A stretch of 49,145 bases of DNA from Bdellovibrionales bacterium (GTDB lineage Bacteria; Bdellovibrionota; Bdellovibrionia; Bdellovibrionales; Bdellovibrionaceae). Position 1 is the stretch's first letter, and each line of letters opens with the position of its first letter. Below the pieces are notes generated by a model, which saw only the letters and a list, made by a program, of their open reading frames with translations, ran no database searches and was not told where the DNA came from. Location of the stretch: NCBI GenBank assembly GCA_031370005.1, contig JANMPT010000041.1, positions 1-49,145 on the forward strand. The letters run 5' to 3'. Both the position numbers and the translations under genes were made by a program. Of this stretch, positions 28,301 to 38,027 are shown piece by piece.

Positions 28301-30248
28301 TGAAATGGGCCACTCCCAAGGACTGACACATAACTTTATTGGTTCTTATGACAAGGCAAACTATGCTAACGAAGATGGAACTCCGTCAAAACGAAATTAC
28401 TCTTCTGTGATGGACTACCTAACTCCTGGTAAGTTCAGTTGGGATGGATTGGGCTCTTATGACATCCACGCAGTCAGAGCTTCGCAATTAGGTTTACTTG
28501 AAGTAACTCCAGAATTTAAAGCAAAGCTTGGTGCAGATGCCGACAAAGTTTTAGTAAATGGGAAGTATATCACTATTGGCACAATCCAAAAAAATATTGC
28601 AAAAGGCAGCTGGGCGAATTTTACAAAGGCAAATGTGGCCGGCGTTATTAAAGACTATAAATACTGCACAGATATTGATGTCGGTTGGGACCCAATGTGT
28701 CAACGTCATGACTTCGGAAGCACAGTGACTGAGGTTGTTGAAAGTATTAAAAATGACTGGGAAGACAACTACATCAGTAACTACTATTCTTGGGATCGCG
28801 ACAAGTTTAGCCTGGCCGATGCCTATGAGGGCCCAGCTTGGTCAAACTACCATATGATGAGAATGCGCAAGTATATGGATGAAACCTTTTACAAACTAAT
28901 TCTAAAAACAGGAACACAAGCAGAGATCAACGATTATGTAGACGCGTCTATAAAGACTTACTTATTCTATACGCAGCTTATCAACACGCCAGATTCAAAT
29001 TCTAAGTTTTTAAGCCCAGACAGGTTTGTAGCGGTTACCTACATGAAAAAAGAATTGGACGCTCAAGGTAAGCCAACAGGCAAAGAGACCAAAGACGTTG
29101 CCGTCGTTGAAAGACGCGCATTGCAAACTATTTCTCTTGATAAAGGCCGTGTGGATACAATGGGCCTTGAGTTTGACAAAATTGCGGCAATGAAGTTCCT
29201 TACTTTGAAAGGATATCCAAGTTATAAGTATGCTTCCCAAAATATCGACTTCTCATTCTTGGATTTTGAAAAGTACATCTTAGATATGACGACTGACACA
29301 AGTTTGTTCGTAAACACCTTAACTGGAATGATGTTGAATCAGCTTCAACCAACCTTCACAAACGAGAATGTCACCCTTCAACCTCTTCCGAACGAAAAAG
29401 CGACGGTGACCTCAGCAATGAGATCTCGCGCTGGTATCTATGGAATCTTGGGCCTTGAAGCCTCTACTTTGCGAGATAAAGATAATTTTGCTAGTCTCTT
29501 CAAAGTTGGCAGCAGCGTCGGGTCAGCTCCCAATGATAGAACTGTGCTTAGCAAGTTGGGTATTTCAAACACCAGCAAGACTCGCTTAGGATTCTGGGCT
29601 TTGGACAACGCGACGGCCGCTCAGACGATTTTGGCAGCGGCTGCTCAGAAAAATTTCTTTATTCAAAATACCACTGAGATCCAACCACTCATGGAAAAAT
29701 TGATCATGTCCCAATTGAACGCAGAACTTTCAAGGGCAGCAAGTGCTGATAAAAAAACCGTGGCAGCTGCGGCGACAACTGAGGTGATAAAGGCTAAAAC
29801 AGCTCTTGTCGCGAAACTGAATGCACTCAATATAAAAGGTGAAATTGTTTCAGCAGAGATTTTGAAAGCACAACCGAAAATGTCTATTGAAAATCAAGTT
29901 AATAGCATTGGAGATTTCAACGTGCAAATAATCCAGTTATCATTTGCCTTGGCATTTGAAGCCGAGGGAGTTGATCAAGTGGCAGAGCAAATGTCTGCGC
30001 AGTCAGAAAGTTTAGCAGATGTGTTACCACTTTTTGCAATTGATCAAAAGTCTTTGTTATCAGCCCTAACCGCCGCTGGAAAACAGATGAGCACAACCCC
30101 AGGCACCGAAGCCTTAGCTCAACTCGGTCAGGTAACTAGTCAGTTGGTAAATGCATCGGCTCTTGAAACTTCCTACGGCATTATCATGTCAAATGTAGAG
30201 TTCTTAAGCCTGCTGACATCTATTACAAATCCGGAATACAATCGATAG
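25362..30248 (+). CDS. Very large lipoprotein zinc metalloprotease (metzincin, EcxA/DUF4953-like)
   Basis: Lipobox ATGC, HEMGHSQGLTHNF zinc motif, SSVMDY Met-turn, YKYCTD...DPMCQRHDFG. ATG at 25362 follows GGAG. Confidence 0.88.
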   Translation: MSLKSRSQYAKSADLFSVMTVVLMLFATGCTKSRDAELPTEMQESVFAISDFGDTQTESSQFSIETDDSHSNLSLGNSSKATAEKGLVALSDVKVPSRLKYMFSGLEVTGLTSHNYPVTFSVDKQFVTAYKIVTNPSELTILEKQLAQVKEEVILQKQLQKNINSAKSKILLASLQKARAGKSNLLTQKSAILLVPLFKFKVNKFGVLQREKNKLKEDTSTLELKATDWTQATHIQIATTIESRLPVGLDPTQAGDLDRTFVMDRINNKIMTAETLNNEFQIPLGTLQGSARVLTVLDTKALHVFEVTQLGKAQLSDSQMRQLQAGSKSNVRSCSAEIKSTLPSDAQKDCILVLRYDAEISYVMPELAVVDHDGNQDAKVNFKTVLAGQNIGLVQIPKDVLPLKIESNNELDPNTTIRIADIKGKEFFFKRTLEDSAYSAATPGLAPGMAGAITIVKFDLEENRIAVRRADKLVNYKTTSNDSDYEELMSIPVRYLKLETKDASGAAYAIPRVVPATRTDAQYIDLDWTHNTIPQIYSPYSAVYEGCILGTANTQVADVDMRLDKGVLNFSQKYTVALQPECMADFAPANDYNGAPSSQYTARVTERISFKLNDGSTDKPFVAQVPFKVQNALGYGVWTIGQINPDINGQFGREGTETNLQMVHDFRNGKMLIYTLTGLPTDDPEMRNLYIGIAKELAASWNFAYKQAFKGSALERSGNYIEIQIAGENGVSAHLGDLDKNIFHFENKYASHGILGVSQVGFNPRSAIVVADSLILYTGNVKSDVSRSFVQMNLRAKWEKMKEGYRSEALKKIASQEKVAVAKAVTSQLINMASGKKMDAKVLRRATNLNLTSNDLKAAVKTRKALGGSGGFAYSSPKDESGWMDRVLQTMLDKPDMSISEIHGAIAKEVLVSKGNKLTDVQRQSLTQAVRQSRIRAKMLASLKTSPGCLKTEAEIANGNFVNKTFNEAFRLEALNTMVHEMGHSQGLTHNFIGSYDKANYANEDGTPSKRNYSSVMDYLTPGKFSWDGLGSYDIHAVRASQLGLLEVTPEFKAKLGADADKVLVNGKYITIGTIQKNIAKGSWANFTKANVAGVIKDYKYCTDIDVGWDPMCQRHDFGSTVTEVVESIKNDWEDNYISNYYSWDRDKFSLADAYEGPAWSNYHMMRMRKYMDETFYKLILKTGTQAEINDYVDASIKTYLFYTQLINTPDSNSKFLSPDRFVAVTYMKKELDAQGKPTGKETKDVAVVERRALQTISLDKGRVDTMGLEFDKIAAMKFLTLKGYPSYKYASQNIDFSFLDFEKYILDMTTDTSLFVNTLTGMMLNQLQPTFTNENVTLQPLPNEKATVTSAMRSRAGIYGILGLEASTLRDKDNFASLFKVGSSVGSAPNDRTVLSKLGISNTSKTRLGFWALDNATAAQTILAAAAQKNFFIQNTTEIQPLMEKLIMSQLNAELSRAASADKKTVAAAATTEVIKAKTALVAKLNALNIKGEIVSAEILKAQPKMSIENQVNSIGDFNVQIIQLSFALAFEAEGVDQVAEQMSAQSESLADVLPLFAIDQKSLLSALTAAGKQMSTTPGTEALAQLGQVTSQLVNASALETSYGIIMSNVEFLSLLTSITNPEYNR

Positions 30249-30274
30249 TCATTGATAATATATAAAGCCATGCC

Positions 30275-33200
30275 TTAAGGTGAGTTTCGAACCACAACTT
30301 GGGAAATATCAATATCAATTTCAGTCTTGATTTTCTTTTCAAAAGGATAAACCACTGCCAGGTGGACTTTTGAATCCTTAGCGATGAAATTCATTTTATG
30401 AAGGGCCCACGCATAGGCCTTTAACTGATCGAAAGCCGTCGCTGCGTAGTTACTAGATCCAGTTTTGTAATCCATGATCCAAGTCTCGCCATTGACTTGA
30501 CCCCAAAGATCAATCTGACCCTGAATCCAGAAATCTTGATGTTGGAAGCAAAAGCCCCATTCGACAAAACCCCGCTGGATGACCTCCATAAGTGGAATCT
30601 CTTTTACGCCGACAATAAATCTAAGGGCTTCTTTAAGCTCCTTGTCGTTGAGATGATCAATGACATTCTCCGAGGATATGTATTTCAAGGATTCAAAAAT
30701 TCTATGTGCTTCAGTCCCACGATAGGCTTTTGACAAAGATTTTTGTAAAACATCAGTAGACACTGGCGTCATGCCTGAAGCATGTTCAGTAGCAATCAAT
30801 CGGGTCACAGCCATTGTCTGGTGAGCGCTTTCCGTCTTATCCGCTTGCCAGAGACCGGGATCCTTCTGATGCTGCAGCTTTTCACGGTATTGGATAAGTG
30901 GCTCGAAGGGACCATTAAGTAGGTTATAACAAAATTTATTTTCCTGATGAGTTCCCGCAGTAATTTGCAAGGGACAAGAATCTGCCCAGGAGTTTTTCTC
31001 TGGCTTCCCTGCCCATATTAAAGTGACTCCCTCTTTAGCTCTCGTCAATGCCACGTAAAGAACGCGATGATGTTCTTGCAATTCCCGTTGATTAAATTTT
31101 TCTTTAACGCTGATAGCAAGTCGCGAAGGCAGGGCTTTGCGTTCTGCCTGGTTCATCAGCGACAAAGACCACAGGCCCCTTTCCTCATCCATAGAAAAAA
31201 GATCGGCCTGACTCAGGCGAGGTTTCGAGGTCATTCCCAAAAGAAGAATATGGTCAAACTGCAGACCTTTTGAGGCATGGATGGTCATCAAATTCACTCG
31301 CTTGGGCGCAATCACCGGCGTAGCGTCTGAATCTTCACCTCCGGAATCAAGATCAGGACTGTCTTGAAGGCCGGAAATAAAATTAAGAAAATTAAAGCCG
31401 GCAGTTCTCTCTTGCTCGAACAAGGTTGCAATCAATTTCCATAAGTTGGCCTCTCGTCGTCCCGTAGAATCGAGTTTTTTAACATAGTCCAAAGGGCCAA
31501 GGTCAATTAACATGCGACGAAGCACAAAGCTGTACCCAAGTCCTTGAGACAACTGCAGATATTTTTTTAATTGAATGACAGGATGAGGGGAAGCCTTATT
31601 CGTAACAAGCTTCACAGCCTGGCTCCAGAAGGAATAATTTTCGCTATGGCAAAACGCTAAAATTTCTTGATCGCTCAACTGCAACCATGGCGATCTCAAG
31701 CAACTTAAAAAATTAAGATTGTCGTGAGGATTCACAAGAAACTTTAAAAACGCTAAGGCGTCACGCACTTCACGACGAGCAAAAAAGCCACCCGCCACGT
31801 GAATTTGCACCGGAACACCGTAGGCCTCGGCTGCTTTCGCCAAAGCCTCAAGGCTACTTCGCGTCCGCGAGAGGACGCAAATCTTTTCAGCATCTAAACC
31901 ACAAGATAGCAGCTCCTGAATCCTCTCGAGGGCAGCCAAGGTCTCCTCACTAAAACCCGATGAGTTTATCGCTTTTTCTACCAAGCGAACCTGAGCCACA
32001 GGACTAACAATATCCGCTAGAGCTTTCCCAGGCGCTGGCTCCATGGGGGCAAACTGATCGCTGCTTTTTAAAAAGTAATGATTAATGAAATATAAAAGCC
32101 TTGGTGTCGAGCGATAATTCACAAGCCTTTCTTGAATTTCTCCGCCACTTTTTCTTACGGCCAGAACTTTTTCTTGAAAAACTTCTGAACGTGCTCCACG
32201 AAAAAGATAAATGCTCTGCTGCGGATCGCCGACAACAAAACTATTACGGTCTCCAACCATTGCCTTAAGAAGTGCGACTTGAGTCGGGCTCGTGTCTTGA
32301 TACTCATCAATCATCCAATAGTCCCACTCAGCAGAAAAACTATCACAGGCCTCTTTGGATTCGTGAATAAGTCTAAGAGCTAACAATTCCAGATCGGACA
32401 GACTGATCGTTCCCGTTGTGATTTTCAAATTAAAAAAATCCTGGGTAAAGTTCTGAGCTAAATTCGAAAAAATCAGATTCTTTATCTCATGCTCTTCCCA
32501 GTAGGCAGGCATATACTCAGGGGAATCTAGAAGATCTTTGAGTGCTTCCACAAGTACTGCCAACATTTCCCCAGTTTCTGAACTCACTGCTGGGGCTTTT
32601 GCGCTTAAAGATGGCTTGCGGGGATTGTCCGCGAAAAAATTTTTAATTATTTGAATAATTTCAGCAGCCCTCTCGATCTCTATATTAAGTGAAAACCGCT
32701 GGAGCCCTTCTGCATATTTCACCCAAGAAGCCTGCTGAGTTTCCGCCAAAATGTGGCTGCTAACTTCTTTGCGAAGAATCTCTAGCCCATTGAGGTGCTT
32801 TTGCAAGTCCTGAGCAAACTCATTTTTATGAATGAAGCGAAACTCTGGAAAAAGAAAGGAGTTCTCATAATATTTTTGTAAGGCTCCTTCAAGCTGGCGG
32901 AAGCTGTAACTCTCAAGCAGAGACTCGTATTCCGTATTTGAAAGAATCAAGCGGCGTAGAATCTTCCTCCGTGACAGAGCCTCCTGAGGCCCTGTCAGAA
33001 GTTTAAAATCAGAACTCAGCCCGATCCTATTTCCATAGCGCCCCAGAAACAGGCTGAGGACACCATGGATAGTAGAAATCTGTACTTGGGATTTATTGGT
33101 TATATACTGAAAGAGATCTTCGCGTTTTTGTTCAAGCGCCAAATGCAAGAGCCGTTCTTTTAGCTCTTGAGTCGCCTTGCGTGTAAAAGTCGTCACTACA

Positions 33201-33361
33201 ATGCGTGGAAAATGCTGGTGAGTCTCTTTAAAGTCTGAAGCATAGTTCAAGAATAACTGAGTCAAAGCCGTAGTTTTCCCCGCCCCGGCACCGGCCCTGA
33301 GAACAACATCCTTCATTTCAGATTTTAGATGAGATGGGGGGCTCGACACAACACGCTCCAT
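30275..33361 (-). CDS. addA: AddA-type UvrD-like helicase/nuclease
   Basis: AGAGAGKT, TFTRKA, STIH, IDEYQDT, VGDPQQSIYLFRGA, NYRS, MTIHASKGLQF, LYVALTRA, GQID..DYK nuclease. The start may be downstream (e.g. 33316). Confidence 0.92.
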   Translation of the reverse strand: MERVVSSPPSHLKSEMKDVVLRAGAGAGKTTALTQLFLNYASDFKETHQHFPRIVVTTFTRKATQELKERLLHLALEQKREDLFQYITNKSQVQISTIHGVLSLFLGRYGNRIGLSSDFKLLTGPQEALSRRKILRRLILSNTEYESLLESYSFRQLEGALQKYYENSFLFPEFRFIHKNEFAQDLQKHLNGLEILRKEVSSHILAETQQASWVKYAEGLQRFSLNIEIERAAEIIQIIKNFFADNPRKPSLSAKAPAVSSETGEMLAVLVEALKDLLDSPEYMPAYWEEHEIKNLIFSNLAQNFTQDFFNLKITTGTISLSDLELLALRLIHESKEACDSFSAEWDYWMIDEYQDTSPTQVALLKAMVGDRNSFVVGDPQQSIYLFRGARSEVFQEKVLAVRKSGGEIQERLVNYRSTPRLLYFINHYFLKSSDQFAPMEPAPGKALADIVSPVAQVRLVEKAINSSGFSEETLAALERIQELLSCGLDAEKICVLSRTRSSLEALAKAAEAYGVPVQIHVAGGFFARREVRDALAFLKFLVNPHDNLNFLSCLRSPWLQLSDQEILAFCHSENYSFWSQAVKLVTNKASPHPVIQLKKYLQLSQGLGYSFVLRRMLIDLGPLDYVKKLDSTGRREANLWKLIATLFEQERTAGFNFLNFISGLQDSPDLDSGGEDSDATPVIAPKRVNLMTIHASKGLQFDHILLLGMTSKPRLSQADLFSMDEERGLWSLSLMNQAERKALPSRLAISVKEKFNQRELQEHHRVLYVALTRAKEGVTLIWAGKPEKNSWADSCPLQITAGTHQENKFCYNLLNGPFEPLIQYREKLQHQKDPGLWQADKTESAHQTMAVTRLIATEHASGMTPVSTDVLQKSLSKAYRGTEAHRIFESLKYISSENVIDHLNDKELKEALRFIVGVKEIPLMEVIQRGFVEWGFCFQHQDFWIQGQIDLWGQVNGETWIMDYKTGSSNYAATAFDQLKAYAWALHKMNFIAKDSKVHLAVVYPFEKKIKTEIDIDISQVVVRNSP

Positions 33362-36066
33362 TCACAGGAATTACAGGTTTTCACATCAAAGGGTCGAGGC
33401 TCAATCTCGCCATTTTGAATCTTTCTTGCCACGTCCAAAATCAAAATTTCAAACTTCGTCAAAAGTTCTTTTTTGTCCTCACCTGTTGCCTTAACTCCCT
33501 TTCGCCCGGCTGCGCGAAACAAAGGGCCGGCATGTTCTTCTAGTTGAAAACCTTTTTCGCGATGAAAGTCTTTAAAGCTATAATAAAATGCTCCAACCAC
33601 TTCCCCGCTAATTTCAGTTAGAAGCTCTTTCTCTAAGGCCCACATATAAAAAAGCAACTGCAACTCTTGGTTTTCAAACCATAGTCCATGATTTTTATAA
33701 GCAGCATGGCTAGACTTGTAATCAATCACCACATGATGTTTGGTCAATCGATGGCGATCAATGCGATCGATTTTTCCGCTAAATTTAAGCGTCGCTTCAT
33801 GCGGTTCACGATGCACTTCGCCGTTTTGAGGATTAAAATAGAACTCAAAATATTTCTCAGCGGCTAAAGTCAAAGTATCTGGGAATTCACGACGCCATTC
33901 TTTTTCGAAATTAAGAAAACGTTTTGCCAATTGAAAATATCGCTTCTTCATTGAAGCCCAAAGACGTGGGTCCGCCAGAGTAATTTTTTCTTGCACACGC
34001 AGTTCTTCAAGCAGATTTTCTAATTCTTGCTCTGTTAGCTCAGCTTTAAATTCGGGATAGCTCAACTTTTCAAATAAGGCATGAGCCAAAGTGCCCTTGC
34101 TCCGAGCATCCTCATCAAGGTCTAAATCGGGATGATCTTGCAGTTTAAAAATCTTCTGAGCCGCAAAAATAAATGGACACCGCAAATAGCGTTCAATCTG
34201 TGACGCCGAAAGACTCGGAACTTGTTTAAGTTTTAAAGCCGGCACAGGCTTCATGCCCCGATCCATCTCTATACGACTTAGAAACTGACTCTGCTCAGTT
34301 GAAGATCTTCCACGCATTTCTAAGATACTAGCATCTTCGACACATTGAAGGGCATCCCAACGAGTGTCTCCTGGCATGGTCAAGTCGTCAGAGGGTTTTA
34401 AACTCATCCAGAAATTCGACGGAGATAACAATGAGCCAGAAAAATCAGAAAGTCCGAAATAAAAAATATTTTTTGTTCCCGCGCTCTCTGAAAGCCAGCG
34501 CAATTGGAACTCTTTGAACGAATGATCCGGGTGCTCTAAGTAGAAACCTAAGTCCAATGCCAAACGATTCAGATCCGAGCCTAAAATATGGCTTCGCTGG
34601 CGATTTTTGAGATTCTCATCACATAGGCCTAAAAAAATCTTATGGGATATCTTATAGGACTGAGCTGACATTAGCGGAGTAATTACCACACCTTCTACAG
34701 AGCCACTCGCAGCCTTTATCTCTTTGGTGGCAAGGATATTTTCCAAGTAGGTAAGCCATTCTTTATAACTGAGTTCAATCATCGCTGCTGCATTTTGAAA
34801 AACTTCCCGCAAGACCACTTCCAAGACCTCAGTTTGAGCTTCCCGGTATTGCCAAGCCTTCAAGGCATGGGCTAAGAACTGATCACGAGAAAGCGTTTCA
34901 TCTAGTGAAATTTCAGAGTGATAGAGCTTATAAATCTTCTCGTCGCGCGCGAGATCCTCTTCGCCATAAATCGCTTTAAATAGCGCCAGGAACTCCTCAT
35001 AGCGAAAACTTTGAGCCTCGCTGCGCGAGTAATACGAAACCTCGAGATCAGCCGAAGTAACTCTGGTGCTTTGCGCTCGGAGCGTAGAAATCCACTGTTG
35101 CAAACTTGGTAAGCTGTGAAGCCTGACACTGAGGTCTTTTTGAAAGGCAATACCCTCTTGCTCTAGATACATACTTAGTACCGGCCAATACATTTCAATA
35201 TCTGGCGCAATCAGTGCAATTTGTGAAGCGGGGACTTTCGCTTCTAGCCAGGCTCTAATCTGATGACAGCAACTTTTAACTTCTGCAAGCATCCCTGGAA
35301 AACGCAGACTTTCTTTTGGCGCTGAGGCAAGTAGCACAGAATTCGCTTCTAGAACCTGATTAGCCTGTGGCCGGAGGTATTCATATGGCTGTAACAAATA
35401 TTTAAACTCTTCGTGCCATTGAGGCCTAGGCTCGATCACCAGCACTTCTTGCTTATGGCCAAGACGCTGAAAGACCTCGGCCTCCACTATGGAGATCTCT
35501 GATCCCAGATCAATGATGATATCTTGATCCCAGCAAGCCTCAAGTCCATCAACCTCTTGCAAGTAGCTTGGAATCCAATCGGTAATAATGATTTCTTTTT
35601 CATGTATCATCCAGCGAAGTGCAGTTCTGGCAATCAGATACCAGCTCTGCCAGCGTAAAGATATATCAGGGTGTTGCGCAAACCACTTCGAAACTTGCTC
35701 ATCGGAATCAGCAGCCAGAGCCAGAGGTGCTAACTGGGTCATATAATTAAACAAAGTCTTCTCAGAGGTGGAGTTAACATTAAAACTTTCTGCGTTTTTA
35801 TCAAGAAGCGAACGCAGCAAGGAGTGGGCAAAATCCTTAGAAACGATACGAAGCTCAGGAGCCAAACGCTTCAATAATAATTTCCACAGATCGCTAGCAC
35901 GCAGCACGGAATTATCCAAAAAATAACCCTGACGTTCAATCAGCAGTCTTTGCATTTCTAACTTGGTACGCAAGTCAGAAACTACCCATGATTGTTTTTG
36001 AGGATTAAAAGAGGCAAAAAGCTCTTCACTTTGTGATGGAGATTGAATCTGAATAATTTTAAGCAT
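33325..36066 (-). CDS. addB: AddB-type PD-(D/E)xK nuclease subunit with Fe-S cysteines
   Basis: LSASQIERYLRCPF, GKIDRID, IDYK, QL..Y, CNSCEWSVLC; adjacent to addA. Confidence 0.9.
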   Translation of the reverse strand: MLKIIQIQSPSQSEELFASFNPQKQSWVVSDLRTKLEMQRLLIERQGYFLDNSVLRASDLWKLLLKRLAPELRIVSKDFAHSLLRSLLDKNAESFNVNSTSEKTLFNYMTQLAPLALAADSDEQVSKWFAQHPDISLRWQSWYLIARTALRWMIHEKEIIITDWIPSYLQEVDGLEACWDQDIIIDLGSEISIVEAEVFQRLGHKQEVLVIEPRPQWHEEFKYLLQPYEYLRPQANQVLEANSVLLASAPKESLRFPGMLAEVKSCCHQIRAWLEAKVPASQIALIAPDIEMYWPVLSMYLEQEGIAFQKDLSVRLHSLPSLQQWISTLRAQSTRVTSADLEVSYYSRSEAQSFRYEEFLALFKAIYGEEDLARDEKIYKLYHSEISLDETLSRDQFLAHALKAWQYREAQTEVLEVVLREVFQNAAAMIELSYKEWLTYLENILATKEIKAASGSVEGVVITPLMSAQSYKISHKIFLGLCDENLKNRQRSHILGSDLNRLALDLGFYLEHPDHSFKEFQLRWLSESAGTKNIFYFGLSDFSGSLLSPSNFWMSLKPSDDLTMPGDTRWDALQCVEDASILEMRGRSSTEQSQFLSRIEMDRGMKPVPALKLKQVPSLSASQIERYLRCPFIFAAQKIFKLQDHPDLDLDEDARSKGTLAHALFEKLSYPEFKAELTEQELENLLEELRVQEKITLADPRLWASMKKRYFQLAKRFLNFEKEWRREFPDTLTLAAEKYFEFYFNPQNGEVHREPHEATLKFSGKIDRIDRHRLTKHHVVIDYKSSHAAYKNHGLWFENQELQLLFYMWALEKELLTEISGEVVGAFYYSFKDFHREKGFQLEEHAGPLFRAAGRKGVKATGEDKKELLTKFEILILDVARKIQNGEIEPRPFDVKTCNSCEWSVLCRAPHLI

Positions 36067-36085
36067 CTCTAAAGACTATAAAAGA

Positions 36086-37186
36086 CTAACGACGCTGTTT
36101 CAACTTTCGTTTTTTACCTTCGGAATTTGTGACTCTAAAATCGGCATCAAAGCTGAGATCTATACTTAAGCCAACTTCAAGACGGTTTTGCGGGGTTTGA
36201 CCAGGATAGGCCCCCGTTTCCTCGGTATAACTTGCCACATCAAAATGTAGAAATAAAAAGCTGATCCCGGCTCCGTAAGTTGCATAACCTTGATTGATCC
36301 CTCCACGGAGATCTATCAAGGGAAGAGAAATTTCAGTCCCTAAATGCAACTTCTGACCGAGCTGGTATTCACTCTCAGTAATATGTCGATATTCAAAGCC
36401 AGCGACCCAATCGAAGCCCGGCAAATCCAAGGAGGTAGAAACTCCGAGGCTCAAATTATCATGAATTCGCGGAGGAGCATCAGCCCCATCAGATTTAATA
36501 AATGCCGTTGAGCCCACGTCTTGCCACACTAATGAAACCGTCGGACTAAACGGAGCCGGAAGTGTAGTCATCACTGCCATATCAATGCCATAACCATTGC
36601 CCTTATTTTTAAACTGATCTATGATTTGAGAAGGGTTGCCGCTAGCAATCACACCCAAATCAATGTCTTTCTGACCACCCCAACGGGAAATTCGCTTAAA
36701 GGTCAATCCACCATAGGATGTGGGGCCTAAAGGAAAAGCTCCGCCGACCACCAAACCATAGTCGCTCAAAAAGGTTGTGTCGAATTGTGGAAAGGCTGGG
36801 TTATGAAGCAAGAGATGAGTTTGAGTATCTGTATAAGCGCCTACTCCAAAATACGGTAAAGTGAAGGCGGTTTTTCCGCCCGCTCGTAGCCAAACATCTT
36901 TTCCAAAAAATTGGTTAAAACTGCTAGGGCTATTCATGTTAATTCCTTTAAAATTGTTATAGACGTCAAGCCCGTTCACACCTACTTCGACGTTCATAAC
37001 CTGCCAATTAAGCCCTTGAGTTTTGCCCAGAGCCGCCGGATTTACAAAAAGCGCTTCAGAGTCATTTACTATCGACATATAAATGCCACCCATGCCATTG
37101 GATCTCACATTATGATGGGTCTCCATTACCTCGGAGGCCTGGCCAGGGATTGAACTTAGAATAAGAAAAATAAATATTAATATCAT
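36086..37186 (-). CDS. TraF_2/FadL/PorV-like outer-membrane beta-barrel (paralogue 1) with a basic C-terminal tail
   Basis: RSNGMGG...NDSEALFVNPAAL hatch motif; LHLGTE..LRGGINQGY.TYG.G..SYTEE.G. ATG at 37186 overlaps the upstream stop (ATGA). Confidence 0.8.
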   Translation of the reverse strand: MILIFIFLILSSIPGQASEVMETHHNVRSNGMGGIYMSIVNDSEALFVNPAALGKTQGLNWQVMNVEVGVNGLDVYNNFKGINMNSPSSFNQFFGKDVWLRAGGKTAFTLPYFGVGAYTDTQTHLLLHNPAFPQFDTTFLSDYGLVVGGAFPLGPTSYGGLTFKRISRWGGQKDIDLGVIASGNPSQIIDQFKNKGNGYGIDMAVMTTLPAPFSPTVSLVWQDVGSTAFIKSDGADAPPRIHDNLSLGVSTSLDLPGFDWVAGFEYRHITESEYQLGQKLHLGTEISLPLIDLRGGINQGYATYGAGISFLFLHFDVASYTEETGAYPGQTPQNRLEVGLSIDLSFDADFRVTNSEGKKRKLKQRR

Positions 37187-38010
37187 GGACAAAGACACGT
37201 CGTCGGATCAGCGTTGTTGCATATACCAACGCCGATAGCTTGGGAGTTTAGCAAAGCCCGAGAAAGTATAATAGGCGTATCGGTCTCAACCGGAGGTGTT
37301 GAATAAACCAAATTAAGACATGCAGCGCCGCAAGTGGCAGCAATCCCGCTGATTGAGCCCGCCCCGTTCACGCTTGCCCCCTGGGCCGTCAATGCTGTAA
37401 GATTCTCAATTAATTTAGAAAAACTATCTATGATCTCCTTTGCGTCCGCAATAGGCACACTGCTTCGACAATTAAAAGCACCATCCACCACGCCGTCCCC
37501 AGTGGTCGTCGGCGTAATATCAGCCACACTGCGAATGCGATTTCCCATTTTCGCTAACTCTAAAAACAACATGAAAAAATTCTGACTTGACGTACGTGAA
37601 AGAGCATTTCCCATACCTTCGATGATAGTCTCTGCGGTCTTGCAATCGGCATAGTTTGAAGCATCCACACCGACAAAACCATTCATCGCAATTTTAAATA
37701 GCGAGCTTGATCCCCCATTTGTAAGATTACTTACAAAGGTTAAAAAAACCATTCCGCAACGTGCAGCATACGCTCCTGCCAAGCTTTCCTTCACCCTCGC
37801 TTCGGCTTGAAACCCAGCTGTTGTTGCAAGGATTTTATTAATTGCTCCTGTATAGTCGGCAGAATCTATAAGCTTTTGAGCATCTTCATAAAGTGCTGCA
37901 TCAGAACTCTTATTTGATGCCAAGTCTTTGTATAAATTCGAGCCTGTGCAGGAGAGAAGTCCCACCGCGACAATTGTAATTTGAAATATATTAAAAGCGT
38001 TTTTTTTCAT
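37183..38010 (-). CDS. Cys-rich helical (TPR-like) lipoprotein
   Basis: Lipobox LLSC, YEDAQKLIDSADYTGAI...LAGAYAARCG, eight further Cys. Confidence 0.82.
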   Translation of the reverse strand: MKKNAFNIFQITIVAVGLLSCTGSNLYKDLASNKSSDAALYEDAQKLIDSADYTGAINKILATTAGFQAEARVKESLAGAYAARCGMVFLTFVSNLTNGGSSSLFKIAMNGFVGVDASNYADCKTAETIIEGMGNALSRTSSQNFFMLFLELAKMGNRIRSVADITPTTTGDGVVDGAFNCRSSVPIADAKEIIDSFSKLIENLTALTAQGASVNGAGSISGIAATCGAACLNLVYSTPPVETDTPIILSRALLNSQAIGVGICNNADPTTCLCP

Positions 38011-38027
38011 GGCTTCGATCTCTCCAT

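Noticed and set aside
30275..36066. Helicase plus nuclease pair as an anti-phage defence system
   Set aside because: The domain order, dual PD-(D/E)xK nucleases and Fe-S cysteine pattern fit housekeeping AddAB.
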